Notes: generated by a model from the sequence alone, not told the origin. DNA of 64,000 nt from an uncultured Gammaproteobacteria bacterium (GCA_963773565.1 CAVZBU010000010.1:2896-66895), one strand, 5' to 3'; positions 18,528 to 35,106 are shown, numbered from the stretch's first letter. Program-made: numbers and translations.

Positions 18528-19583
18528 ATGAGCAAGTTCTGGAGCCCGGAAGTCCGCGAGCTGACGCCGTACGTCCCCGGGGAGCAGCCGCGTGAACGGC
18601 TGGTCAAGCTCAACACCAACGAGAACCCCTACCCCCCAGCCCCCGGCGTGGAACGCGCACTGCGTGAATTCCCCACCGATCACCTGCGCCTTTACCCCGA
18701 CCCCGAGTCGCGGGCCCTGCGCGAGGCGCTGGCCCGCGAACAGGGTGTCAAGATCGAGCAGGTCTTCGTCGGCAACGGTTCCGACGAGGTTCTGGCGCTG
18801 GCCTTCCAGGCTTTCTTCCGCCAGTCGCGGCCGCTGCTGATGCCGGCCATCAGCTACAGCTTCTACCCCGTATACTGCCGTCTCTATGACATCCGCTATC
18901 GCACCCTGGCGCTCGACGATCATTGGCAGGTGCCACTCGATGCCCTGAGCGCCGACAGTGGCGGCGTGGTCTTTGCCAATCCCAACGCGCCCACCGGCCA
19001 TGGCCATTCGCGGGCGGCCATTGCTCAGTTGCTCGAGCGGGTCAGTGATCGCGTGGTGCTGGTCGACGAAGCCTATGTCGACTTCGGCGGCGAGAGCGCG
19101 GTACCGCTGATCGACGCCCATCCCAACCTGCTGGTGGTCGGCACCTTCTCCAAGTCACGCAGCCTGGCCGGTTTGCGGCTGGGCTACGCGATCGGCTCGC
19201 GCGAACTGATCGAGGGGCTCGAGCGGGTCAAGGACTCGTTCAACTCCTATCCCATCGACAGTCTGGCCAGCGCCGCGGGCATCGCGGCGCTGGCCGATCG
19301 CGCGCATTTCGAGGCCTGCCGCGAACGGGTGATCGCCACCCGCGAGCGCACCCGCCGCCGGCTCGATGGGCTGGGCTTCGAGGTACTGCCGTCGCAGACC
19401 AATTTTCTGCTCACTCGGCATGCTCGACTCGATGCCGGAGAGCTGTTCATCGGCTTGCGTGAGCGCGGCATTCTGGTGCGTCACTTCAACAGCGAGGCGC
19501 TGCGCGACTTTTTGCGCATCAGCATCGGCACCGACGATGAGATGGACAACCTGATCGAGGCACTCGAGGCGCTGTGCCGCTGA
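18528..19583 (+). CDS. hisC: Histidinol-phosphate transaminase
   Basis: KLNTNENPY, GNGSDE, NPNAPTG, VDEAYVDF, TFSKSRSLAGLRLG. Confidence 0.93.
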   Translation: MSKFWSPEVRELTPYVPGEQPRERLVKLNTNENPYPPAPGVERALREFPTDHLRLYPDPESRALREALAREQGVKIEQVFVGNGSDEVLALAFQAFFRQSRPLLMPAISYSFYPVYCRLYDIRYRTLALDDHWQVPLDALSADSGGVVFANPNAPTGHGHSRAAIAQLLERVSDRVVLVDEAYVDFGGESAVPLIDAHPNLLVVGTFSKSRSLAGLRLGYAIGSRELIEGLERVKDSFNSYPIDSLASAAGIAALADRAHFEACRERVIATRERTRRRLDGLGFEVLPSQTNFLLTRHARLDAGELFIGLRERGILVRHFNSEALRDFLRISIGTDDEMDNLIEALEALCR

Positions 19584-19636
19584 ACGGCTCACCGGTCTGC
19601 GCGAACGAAAAGCCTCTCTCATGAAAGCCTCACATG

Positions 19637-19672
19637 AAAAACGGCCCATCCGCCAAGCGGATGGGCCGTTTC
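19637..19672. terminator. Bidirectional terminator between hisC and pnp
   Basis: AAAACGGCCCATCCGC-CAA-GCGGATGGGCCGTTT; a second hairpin AGTCCGGCCGGG/CCCGGCCGGACT at ~19689-19717. Confidence 0.8.
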
Positions 19673-19723
19673 GTTGACCGATCTAAGCAGTCCGGCCGGG
19701 CTTGACCCGGCCGGACTAGCCGA

Positions 19724-21847
<2,124 letters not shown>

Positions 21848-21943
21848 GGTGACTTCCTTCAACTTGTCTGTTTCATGTTTGGGTCTTTTTGACTCGGCGA
21901 CCATTTTAGGAGTTCACAGGGTCAAGGGCTACCGCACCCCCAT

Positions 21944-21977
21944 AAAAGAACAAGCAACCCCGTGGGGTTGCTTGTTC
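21944..21977 (-). terminator. rpsO terminator
   Basis: GAACAAGCAACCCC/GGGGTTGCTTGTTC stem with a T-tract on the minus strand. Confidence 0.75.
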
Positions 21978-22003
21978 AATGATCATCCGTCGGATGGCCT
22001 TGC

Positions 22004-22273
22004 TTAGCGGCGCAGGCCCAGACGCTGGATCAGCGACTGATAGCGCTCGAAATCCTTGCGCTTGAGGTAGTCGAGCAGCTTGCGGCGCTGGTTGACCATG
22101 CGGATCAGACCACGACGCGAGTGGTGGTCCTGCTTGTTGGTCTTGAAATGCGACTGCAGGCCATCGATGTTGGCACTCAGCAGCGCCACCTGAACCTCGG
22201 GGGAACCGGTGTCGTTGTCACCACGGCCGTATTCGTTGACGATCTCGGCCTTCTTTTCAGCGGTCAAAGCCAT
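22004..22273 (-). CDS. rpsO: 30S ribosomal protein S15
   Basis: [25 protein letters not shown]. Confidence 0.98.
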   Translation of the reverse strand: MALTAEKKAEIVNEYGRGDNDTGSPEVQVALLSANIDGLQSHFKTNKQDHHSRRGLIRMVNQRRKLLDYLKRKDFERYQSLIQRLGLRR

Positions 22274-22384
22274 CTGTCTCTCCAGTAAGCAATATGCCTG
22301 AGCATTGAATGTCGGAGACCACGCATATTTGCAGTCCCCAGGGTCGCGCCACTGAAGCCCAGTGACGAGAGCCGCCAACCGCGA

Positions 22385-23296
22385 TCAGGCGGTGGCGACC
22401 AGACGACGCGGGGCGATCTCCCCTGCCGCCGTTACCGCGACCAGGCCCAGAAAGGCCGCGTCGCGATAGAGTCTAACCAGGCTGTCATTGCCCAGCCCGA
22501 TGGTATCAAACTGTGCTCGCTGGCCGTGGAGCACGCGTTGCGCGGTGGCGTCATCGACGTCCAGACGCGGCAGATGCGCAACCAGCACGTCCATCGGCAA
22601 CAGTGAGCGCTCGCGCTCGGCCTCGGCCGAGTCGGCATCCAGCACCGCGAAGTCGAGCATGTCGGCCGCCTGGAAAGGCCCGGTCTTGAGCCGGCGCAGC
22701 GCACTGATATGCGCCCCGCAGCCCAGCGCCGCACCAATATCCTCGGCCAGCGTGCGAATATAGGTGCCTTTGCTGCAGGCAACTTCCAGCTCGAAGCCCG
22801 CCGGCTCGCAGCCGATCAGCCGCGTATCGTAAACCGTCACGCTCCGCGGCGCACGCTCAATCGTCTTGCCTTCTCGGGCAAGCTGATAAAGCGGTTTGCC
22901 CTGATGCTTGAGCGCCGAATGCATCGGCGGGATCTGCTCGATCTCGCCACGGAAATCGCCCAGTACCCGCTCGATATCAGCTGCTTCGAGCACGGGTACC
23001 GGACGCCGTTCGATCACCTCGCCATCGGCATCGCCGGTGTCGGTGATCTCGCCGAGCCGCACGTAGGTGCGATAGACCTTGTCGGCCTCGAGCAGATACG
23101 ACGAGAACTTGGTCGCTTCACCGAAGCACACCGGCAACAGCCCGGTGGCCATCGGGTCCAGCGTCCCGGTATGGCCTGCCTTCTGCGCCTGAAACAACCG
23201 GCGCGCACGCTGCAGGGCATGGTTGCTGGAAACGCCCTGGGGCTTGTCCAGCAACAGCACGCCGTCGATCGGCAAGCCGCGACGACGACGCGCCAT
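22385..23296 (-). CDS. truB: tRNA pseudouridine(55) synthase
   Basis: KAGHTGTLDPMATG, CSKGTYIRTL. Confidence 0.97.
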   Translation of the reverse strand: MARRRRGLPIDGVLLLDKPQGVSSNHALQRARRLFQAQKAGHTGTLDPMATGLLPVCFGEATKFSSYLLEADKVYRTYVRLGEITDTGDADGEVIERRPVPVLEAADIERVLGDFRGEIEQIPPMHSALKHQGKPLYQLAREGKTIERAPRSVTVYDTRLIGCEPAGFELEVACSKGTYIRTLAEDIGAALGCGAHISALRRLKTGPFQAADMLDFAVLDADSAEAERERSLLPMDVLVAHLPRLDVDDATAQRVLHGQRAQFDTIGLGNDSLVRLYRDAAFLGLVAVTAAGEIAPRRLVATA

Positions 23297-23700
23297 CAGC
23301 GCTGGCTTCCCGGCTCGTCACCGCCTTCGTCGCTGTGACGCGCACGATCAGTCTCGACCGCCTCGTCGATCAGCGACGACAGCTTGTGCCCGCGAACCAC
23401 GCTCTCATCGAAGTGAAAACGCAATTCCGGTACGTGACGAAGCTTGATCCGCCGCGCAATCTGGCTGCGCAGGAAACCGCTGGCACGCTTGAGCACCGCG
23501 AGGTTTTCCTTGATCCGCTCGGCATCGTCGTCGCCCAGCAGGGTGACGTAGACGTCGGCGTAACCCAGGTCACGACTGACGGTCACGCCACTGACGGTGA
23601 CCATGCCCAGTCGCGGATCCTTGATCTCGCGCTGGATGAGCACCGCCAGCTCCTGCTGGAGCTGATCGGCCACCCGGTCGGTACGCTTGAACTCGCGCAT
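23296..23700 (-). CDS. rbfA: 30S ribosome-binding factor A
   Basis: RTDRVA, KDPRLG, VPELRFHFD. Confidence 0.97.
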   Translation of the reverse strand: MREFKRTDRVADQLQQELAVLIQREIKDPRLGMVTVSGVTVSRDLGYADVYVTLLGDDDAERIKENLAVLKRASGFLRSQIARRIKLRHVPELRFHFDESVVRGHKLSSLIDEAVETDRARHSDEGGDEPGSQR

Positions 23701-23745
23701 CGGCTCACTCTCCTCGCTGCGTCATTGACGCCGACACAACGTGCG

Positions 23746-26319
23746 TCACAGGCTGCGCTCGACCTTGACCTGATCGAAGACTTCGATCTTGTCGCCGACC
23801 TGGACGTCGTTGTAGTTCTTGACGCCGATGCCACATTCCATGCCGTTGCGCACTTCGCTGACGTCATCCTTGAAGCGGCGCAGCGATTCCAGCTCGCCCT
23901 CGTAGATGACTACGTTTTCGCGCAACACGCGGATCTTCTTGTGACGATGGACGCTGCCCTCGACGACCATGCAACCGGCCACCGAGCCGATCTTGGGTGC
24001 GCGGAAGACGTCGCGGACCTCGGCGATGCCGACGATCTCTTCCTTCCACTCCGGCGCCAGCATGCCGCTCATCGCCTGCTTGACCTCATCCACCAGCTGG
24101 TAGATGACGCTGTAGTAGCGCAGGTCCAGACCCTCGCGCTCGACGATCTCGCGCGCGGCGGCGTCGGCACGCACGTTGAAGCCGACCAGAATGGCATCGG
24201 AAGCCAGTGCCAGGTTGGCGTCGGTGCCGGTGATGCCACCGACCCCCGAGGACACTACGGCGACTTCGACCTCATCGGTGGACAGCTCCTCGAGCGCCCC
24301 GCGGATCGCTTCCAGCGAGCCCTGCACGTCGACCTTGAGGACGATGTTGACCTTGGCCACCTCGTCCTGGCCCATCTGCGAGAACATGTTCTCGAGCTTG
24401 GCCTTCTGCTGACGTGCCAGGCGCACCTCGCGGTACTTGCCCTGACGGAAGTTGGCGACTTCGCGCGCCTTCTTGTCGTCGGCCAGGACCATGAAGTCCT
24501 CGCCGGCCTCGGGCGTGCCGTCCAGCCCCTGAATCTCGACCGGCATCGCCGGGCCGACTTCGTCGACCTGCTTGCCGAGCTCGTTGGTCAGGGCGCGCAC
24601 GCGGCCGTAATGCAGGCCGGCCAGCACGATGTCGCCCTTCTTCAGAGTGCCGTTCTGGACCAGTACCGTAGCCACCGGGCCGCGGCCCTTGTCGAGCCGC
24701 GACTCGACGACCACACCCTTGGCAGGCGCTTCGGGAACGGCCTTGAGCTCGAGCACCTCGGAGACCAGCAGTACCGCCTCGAGCAGTGCATCGATGCCTT
24801 CGCCGGTCTTGGCCGAGACATGCACGAACTGGGTATCGCCGCCCCACTCCTCGGAGATGACCCCGTGCTGGGACAGCTCGTTCTTGACCCGATCGGGATC
24901 GGCGCCCTGCTTGTCGATCTTGTTGACCGCGACCACCAGCGGCACTTCGGCCGCCTTGGCGTGCTCGACCGCCTCGATAGTCTGTGGCATCACGCCATCG
25001 TCGGCCGCAACCACCAGGATGACCACATCGGTCGCCTGGGCGCCACGGGCACGCATGGCGGTAAACGCCGCGTGACCCGGGGTGTCAAGGAACGTCACGC
25101 CGCCGTGCTGGTCCTCGACGTGATAGGCGCCGATATGCTGGGTGATACCGCCGGCCTCGCCAGTGGCGACCTTGGTGCGCCGGATGAAGTCGAGCAGCGA
25201 GGTCTTGCCGTGGTCGACGTGGCCCATCACCGTGACCACCGGCGAACGGGTGATCTCCTCGCCCTCGTAGGAAATCCCCTCGAGAACCTCGGTTTCCAGC
25301 GCATCGTCCTTGACCAGCTTGGGCTTGTGACCCATCTCCTCGACAACGATCGCCGCGGTGTCCTGGTCGATGGTCTGGTTGATGGTTACCGCCGCGCCCA
25401 TGGTGAACATGGCCTTGATGACTTCGTTGGCCTTGATCGCCATCTTGTCGGCCAGGTCGGCGACGCTGATCGATTCGGGAATCGCCACCTCGCGCACGAT
25501 CGGCTGGGTCGGGCGCTGGAAGCTGTGCTTGCCACCGCCGCCGCTGTCGCGGCCACCTCCACGCCGGCTACCGCGCCGCTCGGCACGCTTGACCTTCTTG
25601 CCGCTGCCGCGACGGCGCTCGGCACGCTCCTCGCGGTCTTCGTCACGATTGGTATCACGGTCCTTCTTGGCGGCCGCCTTCTTGGGATTGGCGCGGCGAT
25701 TGTCGCTGCGCGGCTCCTTGGGCGGCGCCTCGACGACCGGCTCCGCAGGCGGCTCGCCAGCGGCCAGGTCCTGCTCGGAACGAATCTCGTCCGCGGCCGG
25801 CGCCTTGGTTTCCGCCTGGGCGCTGTCATCAGGCGTTGCCGGCACCTCGGCACCCGACGCACCGGCGCCCGACGCATCAGCGCCTGGAGCCTCCGGCTGA
25901 GCCTCGGCGGCTTTGGCCTGTGCTTCACGCTCCGCCTGTTCACGCGCCTGGGAGGCATCGGCCATGTCGCCGACCAGCTGGCGCGGACCCTGTTCCGGGG
26001 CCTGAGCCGCCGGCTCCTCGGTTTCCTCGCGCTTGACGTAGGTCCGCTTCTTGCGAACGGAAACCTCGATCGACTTGCCGCGACCATCCCCAGAGCGGAT
26101 ACGGCTCTTGGTCTTGCGCGTCAGGGTAACGCGGTTCTTGGGTGCCTGACCGCCGCCGTGGCTCTTGGTCAGGTGATCGAGCAGACGCTGCTTGTCCTCT
26201 TCGGACACCGCATCGCCTTCCGCCTTGTGGGGAAGCCCGGCTTCCTGCATCTGTTCCAGCAGGCGGGGCGTCTCACGCCCCACCTTGGCTGCAAAATCCT
26301 TAACTGTCATCTCTGCCAT
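23746..26319 (-). CDS. infB: Translation initiation factor IF-2
   Basis: [36 protein letters not shown]. Confidence 0.98.
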   Translation of the reverse strand: MAEMTVKDFAAKVGRETPRLLEQMQEAGLPHKAEGDAVSEEDKQRLLDHLTKSHGGGQAPKNRVTLTRKTKSRIRSGDGRGKSIEVSVRKKRTYVKREETEEPAAQAPEQGPRQLVGDMADASQAREQAEREAQAKAAEAQPEAPGADASGAGASGAEVPATPDDSAQAETKAPAADEIRSEQDLAAGEPPAEPVVEAPPKEPRSDNRRANPKKAAAKKDRDTNRDEDREERAERRRGSGKKVKRAERRGSRRGGGRDSGGGGKHSFQRPTQPIVREVAIPESISVADLADKMAIKANEVIKAMFTMGAAVTINQTIDQDTAAIVVEEMGHKPKLVKDDALETEVLEGISYEGEEITRSPVVTVMGHVDHGKTSLLDFIRRTKVATGEAGGITQHIGAYHVEDQHGGVTFLDTPGHAAFTAMRARGAQATDVVILVVAADDGVMPQTIEAVEHAKAAEVPLVVAVNKIDKQGADPDRVKNELSQHGVISEEWGGDTQFVHVSAKTGEGIDALLEAVLLVSEVLELKAVPEAPAKGVVVESRLDKGRGPVATVLVQNGTLKKGDIVLAGLHYGRVRALTNELGKQVDEVGPAMPVEIQGLDGTPEAGEDFMVLADDKKAREVANFRQGKYREVRLARQQKAKLENMFSQMGQDEVAKVNIVLKVDVQGSLEAIRGALEELSTDEVEVAVVSSGVGGITGTDANLALASDAILVGFNVRADAAAREIVEREGLDLRYYSVIYQLVDEVKQAMSGMLAPEWKEEIVGIAEVRDVFRAPKIGSVAGCMVVEGSVHRHKKIRVLRENVVIYEGELESLRRFKDDVSEVRNGMECGIGVKNYNDVQVGDKIEVFDQVKVERSL

Positions 26320-26346
26320 TACGACCCTCCTGAGCCCGTGACCTAG

Positions 26347-27840
26347 TTACTCTTGACTCTCGAACCAGGGCGCACGGGCGGTCATGATCAGTGCCGCGGC
26401 GCGCTCTTCGTTTACATCCTCGATGTCCTTGAGATCATCGACAGATTGTTCGGCAAGATCTTCCATGGTGACGATGCCACGACTGGCCAGAATGAAAGCC
26501 AGGTGACGATCCATGCCGTCCATCTCGAGGAGATCCTCGGCGGGTTGAGCGCCGTCAAGTACCTCTTCGGAAGCGATTGCCAGGTTCAACAGCTCGTCTT
26601 TAGCGCGTGCGCGCAACTCTTCTACCAGGTCCTCGTCGAATTCTTCGATCTCCAATATTTCCTCAAGCGGCACATAAGCGATCTCCTCGAGTGAGGTGAA
26701 GCCCTCATCGACCAAGATCCGGGCCAGTTCATCATCGATCTCGAGATGATTGATAAAAAACTCGACCAACGTGTCGACTTCCTGCTCGCGTTTACCCTCG
26801 GCCTCGTCTTCGGTCATCACGTTGAGTGCCCAGCCAGTCAGCTCGCTGGCCAGGCGAACATTCTGTCCACTGCGGCCGATCGCCTGGGCCAGATTGTCCT
26901 CGGCGACCGCCACGTCCATGGCATGGGTGTCCTCGTCGACGAGAATCGAGGCCACGTCCGCCGGGGCCATGGCATTGATCACCAGCTGTGCCGGGTTATC
27001 GTCCCAGAGGATGATATCCACGCGCTCATTGCGCAGTTCGTTGGAGACGGCCTGCACCCGTGAACCGCGCATCCCGACACAGGCGCCGACCGGATCGATA
27101 CGCTTGTCGTTGGTCTTGACCGCGATCTTGGCCCGCGAGCCCGGGTCGCGGGCCGCGCCCTTGATCTCGATGAGCTGCTCGGCAATTTCCGGCACCTCGA
27201 TCTTGAACAGTTCAATGATCAGCTCGGGACGTGTGCGGGTCAGGATCAACTGCGAGCCGCGCGCTTCGGCGTCAACCTTCCACAGCAGCGCACGGACCCG
27301 CTCATTGAGTCGATAGCGCTCGCCGGGAATCATCTCGCTGCGCGGCAGGAAGCCTTCGGCATTGTCGCCCAGATCGATGATCAGCCCCTCACGGGTGGTC
27401 TTCTTGACGATACCGGCGATCAGTTCGCCTTCGCGCTCGGCGTAGTGGCGCACGATCTCGGAACGTTCGGCCTCGCGCACCTTCTGCACGATGACCTGCT
27501 TGGCGGTTTGCGCCGCGATGCGCCCGAAAGCCGCGTTCTCGATGCGCTCCTCGACCACATCGCCGAGTGTCAACGGCGGGTCGCGCTGCTCGGCATACGA
27601 CTGCTTGATCTCGGCATCGGGATTCTCGAATTCGTCGTCCTCGATCACCACCCAGCGGCGAAACGTCTCGTAGTCACCGGTGGCACGATCGATCTGCACG
27701 CGCACGCTCGCTTCCTGACCCTCGAAACGCTTGCGTGACGCGCTGGCCAGTGCTGCCTCGACCGCGCCGAAGATTACGTCGCGGGGTACACCCTTTTCGT
27801 TCGAGATCGCATCAACGACCAGCAGAATCTCTTTGCTCAT
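26347..27840 (-). CDS. nusA: Transcription termination factor NusA
   Basis: [35 protein letters not shown]. Confidence 0.98.
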   Translation of the reverse strand: MSKEILLVVDAISNEKGVPRDVIFGAVEAALASASRKRFEGQEASVRVQIDRATGDYETFRRWVVIEDDEFENPDAEIKQSYAEQRDPPLTLGDVVEERIENAAFGRIAAQTAKQVIVQKVREAERSEIVRHYAEREGELIAGIVKKTTREGLIIDLGDNAEGFLPRSEMIPGERYRLNERVRALLWKVDAEARGSQLILTRTRPELIIELFKIEVPEIAEQLIEIKGAARDPGSRAKIAVKTNDKRIDPVGACVGMRGSRVQAVSNELRNERVDIILWDDNPAQLVINAMAPADVASILVDEDTHAMDVAVAEDNLAQAIGRSGQNVRLASELTGWALNVMTEDEAEGKREQEVDTLVEFFINHLEIDDELARILVDEGFTSLEEIAYVPLEEILEIEEFDEDLVEELRARAKDELLNLAIASEEVLDGAQPAEDLLEMDGMDRHLAFILASRGIVTMEDLAEQSVDDLKDIEDVNEERAAALIMTARAPWFESQE

Positions 27841-27868
27841 GCCTTAAGCCTCGCCAGAAAACCAGTCC

Positions 27869-28330
27869 TCACGCACCGAACTGCGGCACGATACGCGCCT
27901 GTTCAATGCTATCGATAGGAAAGCAGTACTCCTCGCCGTCGAGCTGCAGCAGCACCTCGTCATTCTCGACACCCGCCAGCAACCCCTTGAACTTGCGACG
28001 CCCTTCGAACGGCGCCCGCAAGCGCAGGGAGACCGTATGCCCCTTGAAGCGCGCGAACTGATCAAGGTCAAACAAGGGACGGTCCATGCCGGGCGACGAC
28101 ACCTCAAGCTGGTACTTGCCGGGAATCGGGTCCTCGACATCGAGCACCCCGCTGATCTGACGACTAACGTCGGCACAATGATCGACCGTGATGCCCGCCG
28201 GGCTGTCGATGTACACTACCAGCCGGGAGTGCTTGCCCTGGGGCAACAGTTCGATCCCCCAAAGCTCGAAACCCATGGCCGTGACCACTGGCTCGATGAG
28301 TGCGTTCAGCGCAGCGTGCTTGTTTGCCAC
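27869..28330 (-). CDS. rimP: Ribosome maturation factor RimP
   Basis: LDVEDPI..YQLEVSSPGMDRPL; upstream of nusA. Confidence 0.96.
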   Translation of the reverse strand: MANKHAALNALIEPVVTAMGFELWGIELLPQGKHSRLVVYIDSPAGITVDHCADVSRQISGVLDVEDPIPGKYQLEVSSPGMDRPLFDLDQFARFKGHTVSLRLRAPFEGRRKFKGLLAGVENDEVLLQLDGEEYCFPIDSIEQARIVPQFGA

Positions 28331-28447
28331 AGACGAAGGCTCCTACAGCAGTTGCATCAGGCACCTGACCCAGGAGTAAAGAGGAAAGCTAGGTGGCTGA
28401 TTGGCGTTAGTGACAACAACTCAGATGGCCAGAATCAGGCTGCTAAC

Positions 28448-28476
28448 AAAAAGCCCCTTCATAAGGAAGGGGCCTT
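28448..28476 (-). terminator. Terminator downstream of tRNA-fMet
   Basis: Minus strand GGCCCCTTC...GAAGGGGCTTTTT. Confidence 0.7.
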
Positions 28477-28488
28477 TCACAAGAAACT

Positions 28489-28565
<77 letters not shown>

Positions 28566-28675
28566 TCATAGGCTGGCGATTATAGGAACTCACTCACCTT
28601 TCGGTCAAGCAAGCGAGCAGATCGCCATGTCCAGCTAATCGTGCTTCTGAACGGCCGCCACAGGCGGCGTGCAGA

Positions 28676-28762
28676 TGGTGCCGAAGGGGGGACTTGAACC
28701 CCCACGACCATAAGGTCACTACCCCCTCAAGATAGCGTGTCTACCAATTCCACCACTTCGGC
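28676..28762 (-). tRNA. tRNA-Leu(GAG)
   Basis: GCCGAAGTGGTGGAATTGGTAGACACGCTATCTTGAGGGGGTAG...TTCGGCACCA with long variable arm; downstream of secG. Confidence 0.95.
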
Positions 28763-28882
28763 ATCAGGGGCGAACAAGAGACAGAAGATAACGCTACGAC
28801 TGCCTTTTGTTCATGACCAAGCGACTTCTACAACCTGTTTGCTTGATCTTTTTTGCTGCTCGAGCTTCAGGAGACAATCTCT

Positions 28883-29245
28883 TTACTCCCCGTCTTCCTC
28901 GAGTGCTGGCGCAGCATTATGCTGCTGATCGCTGCTGTCGTCAAGGGTCGGCACCGAATTCTGCTGCTCGACCACCTCGGCATCGGGGATGCCTACGTCC
29001 GGCGCGCTATCGGCCTGCGACGACGCCAAATAAGCCAGGCCCAGTGAGGTCACGAAAAAGGCTGCGGCCAGCACTCCGGTGAGCGTGGCCAGGAAGCTGC
29101 TGCTGCCGCGCGAGCCGAACACGGTCTGCGAGGCGCCGCCACCGAAGGAGGCGCCGGCCTCGGCACCCTTGCCCTGCTGCAGCAGAACGAGCGCGACCAG
29201 CGCAATGGCGAGCGCCACATGAATCATGAGAATGATGGCTTGCAT
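28883..29245 (-). CDS. secG: Preprotein translocase subunit SecG
   Basis: [26 protein letters not shown]. Confidence 0.97.
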   Translation of the reverse strand: MQAIILMIHVALAIALVALVLLQQGKGAEAGASFGGGASQTVFGSRGSSSFLATLTGVLAAAFFVTSLGLAYLASSQADSAPDVGIPDAEVVEQQNSVPTLDDSSDQQHNAAPALEEDGE

Positions 29246-29247
29246 GG

Positions 29248-29997
29248 TTAACCTGCTGACTGACAGATGGCTATGAAATCGTCGACCTTGAGCGAGGCTC
29301 CGCCCACCAGGCCGCCGTCGATATCGGGCTGGGATAGCAACTCGGCCGCATTGCGAGCGTTCATGCTACCGCCATAGAGCAAGCGCAGCCCGGTCGCCAG
29401 CTCACGATCGAAGCCGGCCTGGTACTCGCGAATCGCCGCCATGACCTCCTGGGCCTGTTCGGGGGTGGCGGTGCGGCCGGTACCGATCGCCCAGACCGGT
29501 TCGTAGGCGATCGTCACCCGGGCACGCTGCTGCGGCTCCAGCCGCGCCATGACATGGCCGACCTGGCGCAGCACAACGTCGCGGGTCTGACCGGCGTCGC
29601 GCTCTTCAAGCGTTTCGCCAACGCAAAGAATGGGCCGAATATCGGCGCTGAGCGCTGCGAGCAGGCGATCGTAAACCGCCTCGTCAGCTTCACGATATAG
29701 CTGACGACGCTCGGAGTGGCCGACCAATGCATACTCGACACCGAACTCCTTGAGCATCCGGCCGCTGACCTCCCCGGTGTGCGCCCCCGAGCTCTGTGGA
29801 TTGAGCGTCTGCGCACCCAGCACGACCGGCGTCGCGCCAAGTGCCGTCTGTGCGGCCGCCAGGTAGGGAAACGGTGGCAGCAAGGCCACCTCCACCGATG
29901 ACGGCAGTTCGGCCGCCGCGAAGACCTCGCCGAACTGTTCGATCAGTGTCAGGGATCCGTTCATCTTCCAGTTGCCGGCGATCAGCGGCATGCGCAT
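29248..29997 (-). CDS. tpiA: Triose-phosphate isomerase
   Basis: [32 protein letters not shown]. Confidence 0.98.
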   Translation of the reverse strand: MRMPLIAGNWKMNGSLTLIEQFGEVFAAAELPSSVEVALLPPFPYLAAAQTALGATPVVLGAQTLNPQSSGAHTGEVSGRMLKEFGVEYALVGHSERRQLYREADEAVYDRLLAALSADIRPILCVGETLEERDAGQTRDVVLRQVGHVMARLEPQQRARVTIAYEPVWAIGTGRTATPEQAQEVMAAIREYQAGFDRELATGLRLLYGGSMNARNAAELLSQPDIDGGLVGGASLKVDDFIAICQSAG

Positions 29998-30068
29998 GGT
30001 TAGCCCCTTTCTCGGAGTGGTGCAAGATGGTATAGGAGCGACCCGGTCAAGACAACCGGCACCGCCTC

Positions 30069-31418
30069 TCAGGCCATGAGTGTCTTGACGTCCGCGGCGA
30101 TGCGCTGGGCCAAGGCCGCGACGTCGAAGCGCGGCCGCCCCTCGACCATCACCCGGATCAGCGGCTCGGTTCCCGAGGCGCGCAGCAGCACCCGCCCCGA
30201 GTCACCCAACTCGCCCTCCACGCTGTCCACCGAGCGGCGCAACGCTTCGCTCTCGAGCAGCGCCCGCTTGTCGGTGCCGTCGGTGAGCCGCACATTGACC
30301 AATGCCTGCGGCGCCTTCTCGAAGCCCTCGAGCAGCGCGGTCAGCGAACAGCCGCTGGTGGCCATGATTGCCAGCACCTGCAATGCCGAAACGATGCCAT
30401 CGCCGGTGCTCTGCACATGGCCGCAGACGATGTGCCCCGAAGACTCGCCGCCCAGTTGCCAATCATTGGCCACCAGGCACTCCATGACATAGCGATCACC
30501 GACCTTGGCGCGCTCGAAGGGGATAGCCAGCGACTCCATGGCCGCAGCCAGGCCAAAATTGCTCATCAAGGTGCCGACCACGCCGCCGCCCAACACACCG
30601 CGCTCATGGCGATCACGGGCGATGATATAAAGGATGTCGTCACCATCGATCTCGCGCCCGTCGGCATCGACCAGGATCACCCGGTCGCCATCGCCATCGA
30701 AGGCCACGCCGATATCGGCGCCGCGTTCGATAACCGCCGCGCGCAGCGATGCCGGGTATGTCGAGCCCACCTGCTGATTGATGTTGAGCCCATCGGGGCT
30801 GACGCCCAGCAGGCTGACATCGGCACCCAATTCACGAAACACGCTGGGAGCAATGTGGTAGGTCGCGCCATGGGCGCAATCGAGCACGATCTTGAGCCCC
30901 GTCAGGGTCAGCCGCTTGGGCACCGTCGACTTGCAGAATTCAATATAGCGGCCCGCGGCATCGCTGATGCGCACGGCTTTGCCCAGGCGGTCCGGCGATA
31001 CGGTCTCAAGGGGCTTCTCGAGTTCATCTTCGATACGCGCCTCGAGGGCGTCGGGCAGCTTGGTGCCCTCGGCCGAAAAGAACTTGATGCCATTATCCTG
31101 GAAGGCGTTGTGCGACGCCGAGATGACGATGCCTGCGTCGGCGCGAAAAGTCCGGGTCAGGTAGGCAATCCCCGGGGTCGGCATCGGTCCGAGCAGGGCG
31201 ACATCAACGCCCGCCGCCGAAAGGCCGGCTTCCAGTGCCGACTCGAACATGTAGCCGGAAATACGCGTATCCTTGCCGATCAACACCTTGGCATTGCTAT
31301 TCTTGCGCTCCAGCACGCGGCCCATGGCCCAGCCCAACTTGAGCATGAAGTCAGCGGTGATCGGGTACTCACCAACGGTGCCGCGAATCCCGTCGGTTCC
31401 GAAATAACGTCGCGTCAT
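30069..31418 (-). CDS. glmM: Phosphoglucosamine mutase
   Basis: [36 protein letters not shown]. Confidence 0.97.
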   Translation of the reverse strand: MTRRYFGTDGIRGTVGEYPITADFMLKLGWAMGRVLERKNSNAKVLIGKDTRISGYMFESALEAGLSAAGVDVALLGPMPTPGIAYLTRTFRADAGIVISASHNAFQDNGIKFFSAEGTKLPDALEARIEDELEKPLETVSPDRLGKAVRISDAAGRYIEFCKSTVPKRLTLTGLKIVLDCAHGATYHIAPSVFRELGADVSLLGVSPDGLNINQQVGSTYPASLRAAVIERGADIGVAFDGDGDRVILVDADGREIDGDDILYIIARDRHERGVLGGGVVGTLMSNFGLAAAMESLAIPFERAKVGDRYVMECLVANDWQLGGESSGHIVCGHVQSTGDGIVSALQVLAIMATSGCSLTALLEGFEKAPQALVNVRLTDGTDKRALLESEALRRSVDSVEGELGDSGRVLLRASGTEPLIRVMVEGRPRFDVAALAQRIAADVKTLMA

Positions 31419-32290
31419 CGGTCAGCGTCTTCCTGTAGCACGGCCCAGGTCATATTGATGGCATCCACGCTGGGCCCTACATCGTGGACACGCAGCAGCC
31501 GAGCACCACGCTCGACTGCCAGGCAAGCCAGGGCCAGACCGCCCGGCAAACGCTCCTCTACCGGACGATCGAGCACCTTGCCGATCATGCTCTTGCGCGA
31601 CATCCCGGCAAGCACTGGCAAGCCAAAGTCGCCAAGCACATCCAGCCTGTTGAGCAGCCGCAGGTTTTGACCGACAGTCTTGGCAAAGCCGAACCCCGGA
31701 TCAAGGATCAGCCGCTCGCGCCGAATGCCGGCCTGCTCGCATTCGGCGACCCGCGCCTCGAGAAAATTGGCAACGGCCTGCTCGATAGGCTCAGCATAAT
31801 CAGTAGCCGTTTGCATGTCGCCCGGCTCGCCGAGCATATGCATCAGGCAGATCGGCAAGCCGCTGGCCGCCGCCACCTCGAGCGCGCCCGGACGACGCAG
31901 CGATCGAACATCATTGATCATCCCCGCGCCCTGGCCGATCACCTCGCGCATCACCGCCGGGCTGCTGGTATCCACCGAGACCAGCGCATCGAGTTCGCGC
32001 ACCAGCGTCTCCACGACTGGCACAACCCGATCCAGCTCCTGCTGCTCCGGCACCGCCGCGGCACCGGGGCGCGTCGACTCGCCACCGATATCGATGATCG
32101 CCGCGCCCTGGGCAAGCATCGTTTCGGCATGGCGCAGGGCCGCATCGAGCACATCGAAATTACCGCCATCCGAGAATGAATCCGGCGTGACATTGAGGAT
32201 GCCCATTACCCGCGGATAGGAGATATCGAGGCGATGACGACCGCACGCCAGCATGGCGTCCGGATCGCCGCTCTTCATGGAGGAATTCAT
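31415..32290 (-). CDS. folP: Dihydropteroate synthase
   Basis: [38 protein letters not shown]. Confidence 0.97.
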   Translation of the reverse strand: MNSSMKSGDPDAMLACGRHRLDISYPRVMGILNVTPDSFSDGGNFDVLDAALRHAETMLAQGAAIIDIGGESTRPGAAAVPEQQELDRVVPVVETLVRELDALVSVDTSSPAVMREVIGQGAGMINDVRSLRRPGALEVAAASGLPICLMHMLGEPGDMQTATDYAEPIEQAVANFLEARVAECEQAGIRRERLILDPGFGFAKTVGQNLRLLNRLDVLGDFGLPVLAGMSRKSMIGKVLDRPVEERLPGGLALACLAVERGARLLRVHDVGPSVDAINMTWAVLQEDADR

Positions 32291-32340
32291 GGCAGGGCCT
32301 CATTACCAAAAGCAATCACTGTATTGACCCGCTTTAAACG

Positions 32341-32370
32341 GTGCAAGGCGCCACTCGGGGCGCCTTGCAC
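32341..32370. terminator. Hairpin between ftsH and folP
   Basis: GTGCAAGGCGCC-ACTCGG-GGCGCCTTGCAC perfect 12-bp stem. Confidence 0.55.
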
Positions 32371-32402
32371 AGAACAACCTAGCATTGGCTGAACGGGCGG
32401 AC

Positions 32403-34370
<1,968 letters not shown>

Positions 34371-34431
34371 GGGAATACCCTCATTGAATCACTCTGTCTG
34401 CCAAGCGTGCCCATAGCTGACTCTACACCAC

Positions 34432-34460
34432 AAATGGGGGCGTTCCATCAGCTTTGCAAG
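34432..34460 (-). promoter_or_regulatory. Sigma32 promoter upstream of ftsH
   Basis: Minus strand CTTGCA-N15-CCCCATTT, close to the RpoH consensus CTTGAA...CCCCATNT. Confidence 0.7.
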
Positions 34461-34461
34461 C

Positions 34462-35106
34462 TCAGCGCTTGAATCCATCCGCCAAGAGGTACACTTCACG
34501 CGATCGAGCACGCGAAGCCTCCGGCTTGCGGGTCATCACCCGGGCGAAACTGCCGCGCAGGTCATCGAGGAACTCATCGAAGCCTTCGCCCTGAAAGACC
34601 TTGGTCAGCAGCCGCCCGCCCGGGTTCAATGTCTGACGGGCCAGATCGAGCGCCAGCTCGACCAGATACATCGCCTTGGGCTGATCGATGGCGGCCATGC
34701 CACTCATGTTGGGCGCCATATCGGAAATGATCAAATCCACCGGACGCTCGCCCAGTTCGCCGAGGATTGCCTCAAGCACCGCATCCTCGGTGAAGTCACC
34801 GTGGATGAACGCGACGTCGGCCAACGCATCCATCTCGAGAATATCGGAAGCGATCACCACACCCCCCGGCATCACTTTCTCGGCGGCCACCTGGCTCCAG
34901 CCGCCGGGCGCGGCGCCCAGATCGATGACCGTCATGCCGGGCTTGAAGAGGCGGTCCTTGGCATCGAGCTCGAGCAGCTTGTAGCTGGCTCGCGAGCGGT
35001 AACCATCCTGCCACGAGCGCTGCACGTACTGGTCGTCGAAATGTTCCTTGAGCCAACCGGCCTTGCTCTTGCCGGGAGCGCTTTTGCTGGAAGTGCTTCG
35101 GGCCAC
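34462..35106 (-). CDS. rlmE: 23S rRNA Um2552 methyltransferase RlmE
   Basis: [35 protein letters not shown] start inferred. Confidence 0.96.
   Translation of the reverse strand: MARSTSSKSAPGKSKAGWLKEHFDDQYVQRSWQDGYRSRASYKLLELDAKDRLFKPGMTVIDLGAAPGGWSQVAAEKVMPGGVVIASDILEMDALADVAFIHGDFTEDAVLEAILGELGERPVDLIISDMAPNMSGMAAIDQPKAMYLVELALDLARQTLNPGGRLLTKVFQGEGFDEFLDDLRGSFARVMTRKPEASRARSREVYLLADGFKR

Noticed and set aside
22274..22384. Possible S15 autoregulatory leader upstream of rpsO
   Set aside because: Expected by position, but I could not identify the structure by eye; needs an Rfam covariance search.
23335..26346. 1003-aa plus-strand ORF antisense to infB/rbfA (similar ones opposite ftsH, pnp, dnaK, dnaJ, glmM and the thiolase)
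   Set aside because: Antisense shadow ORFs expected from high-GC codon bias; no recognisable motifs.
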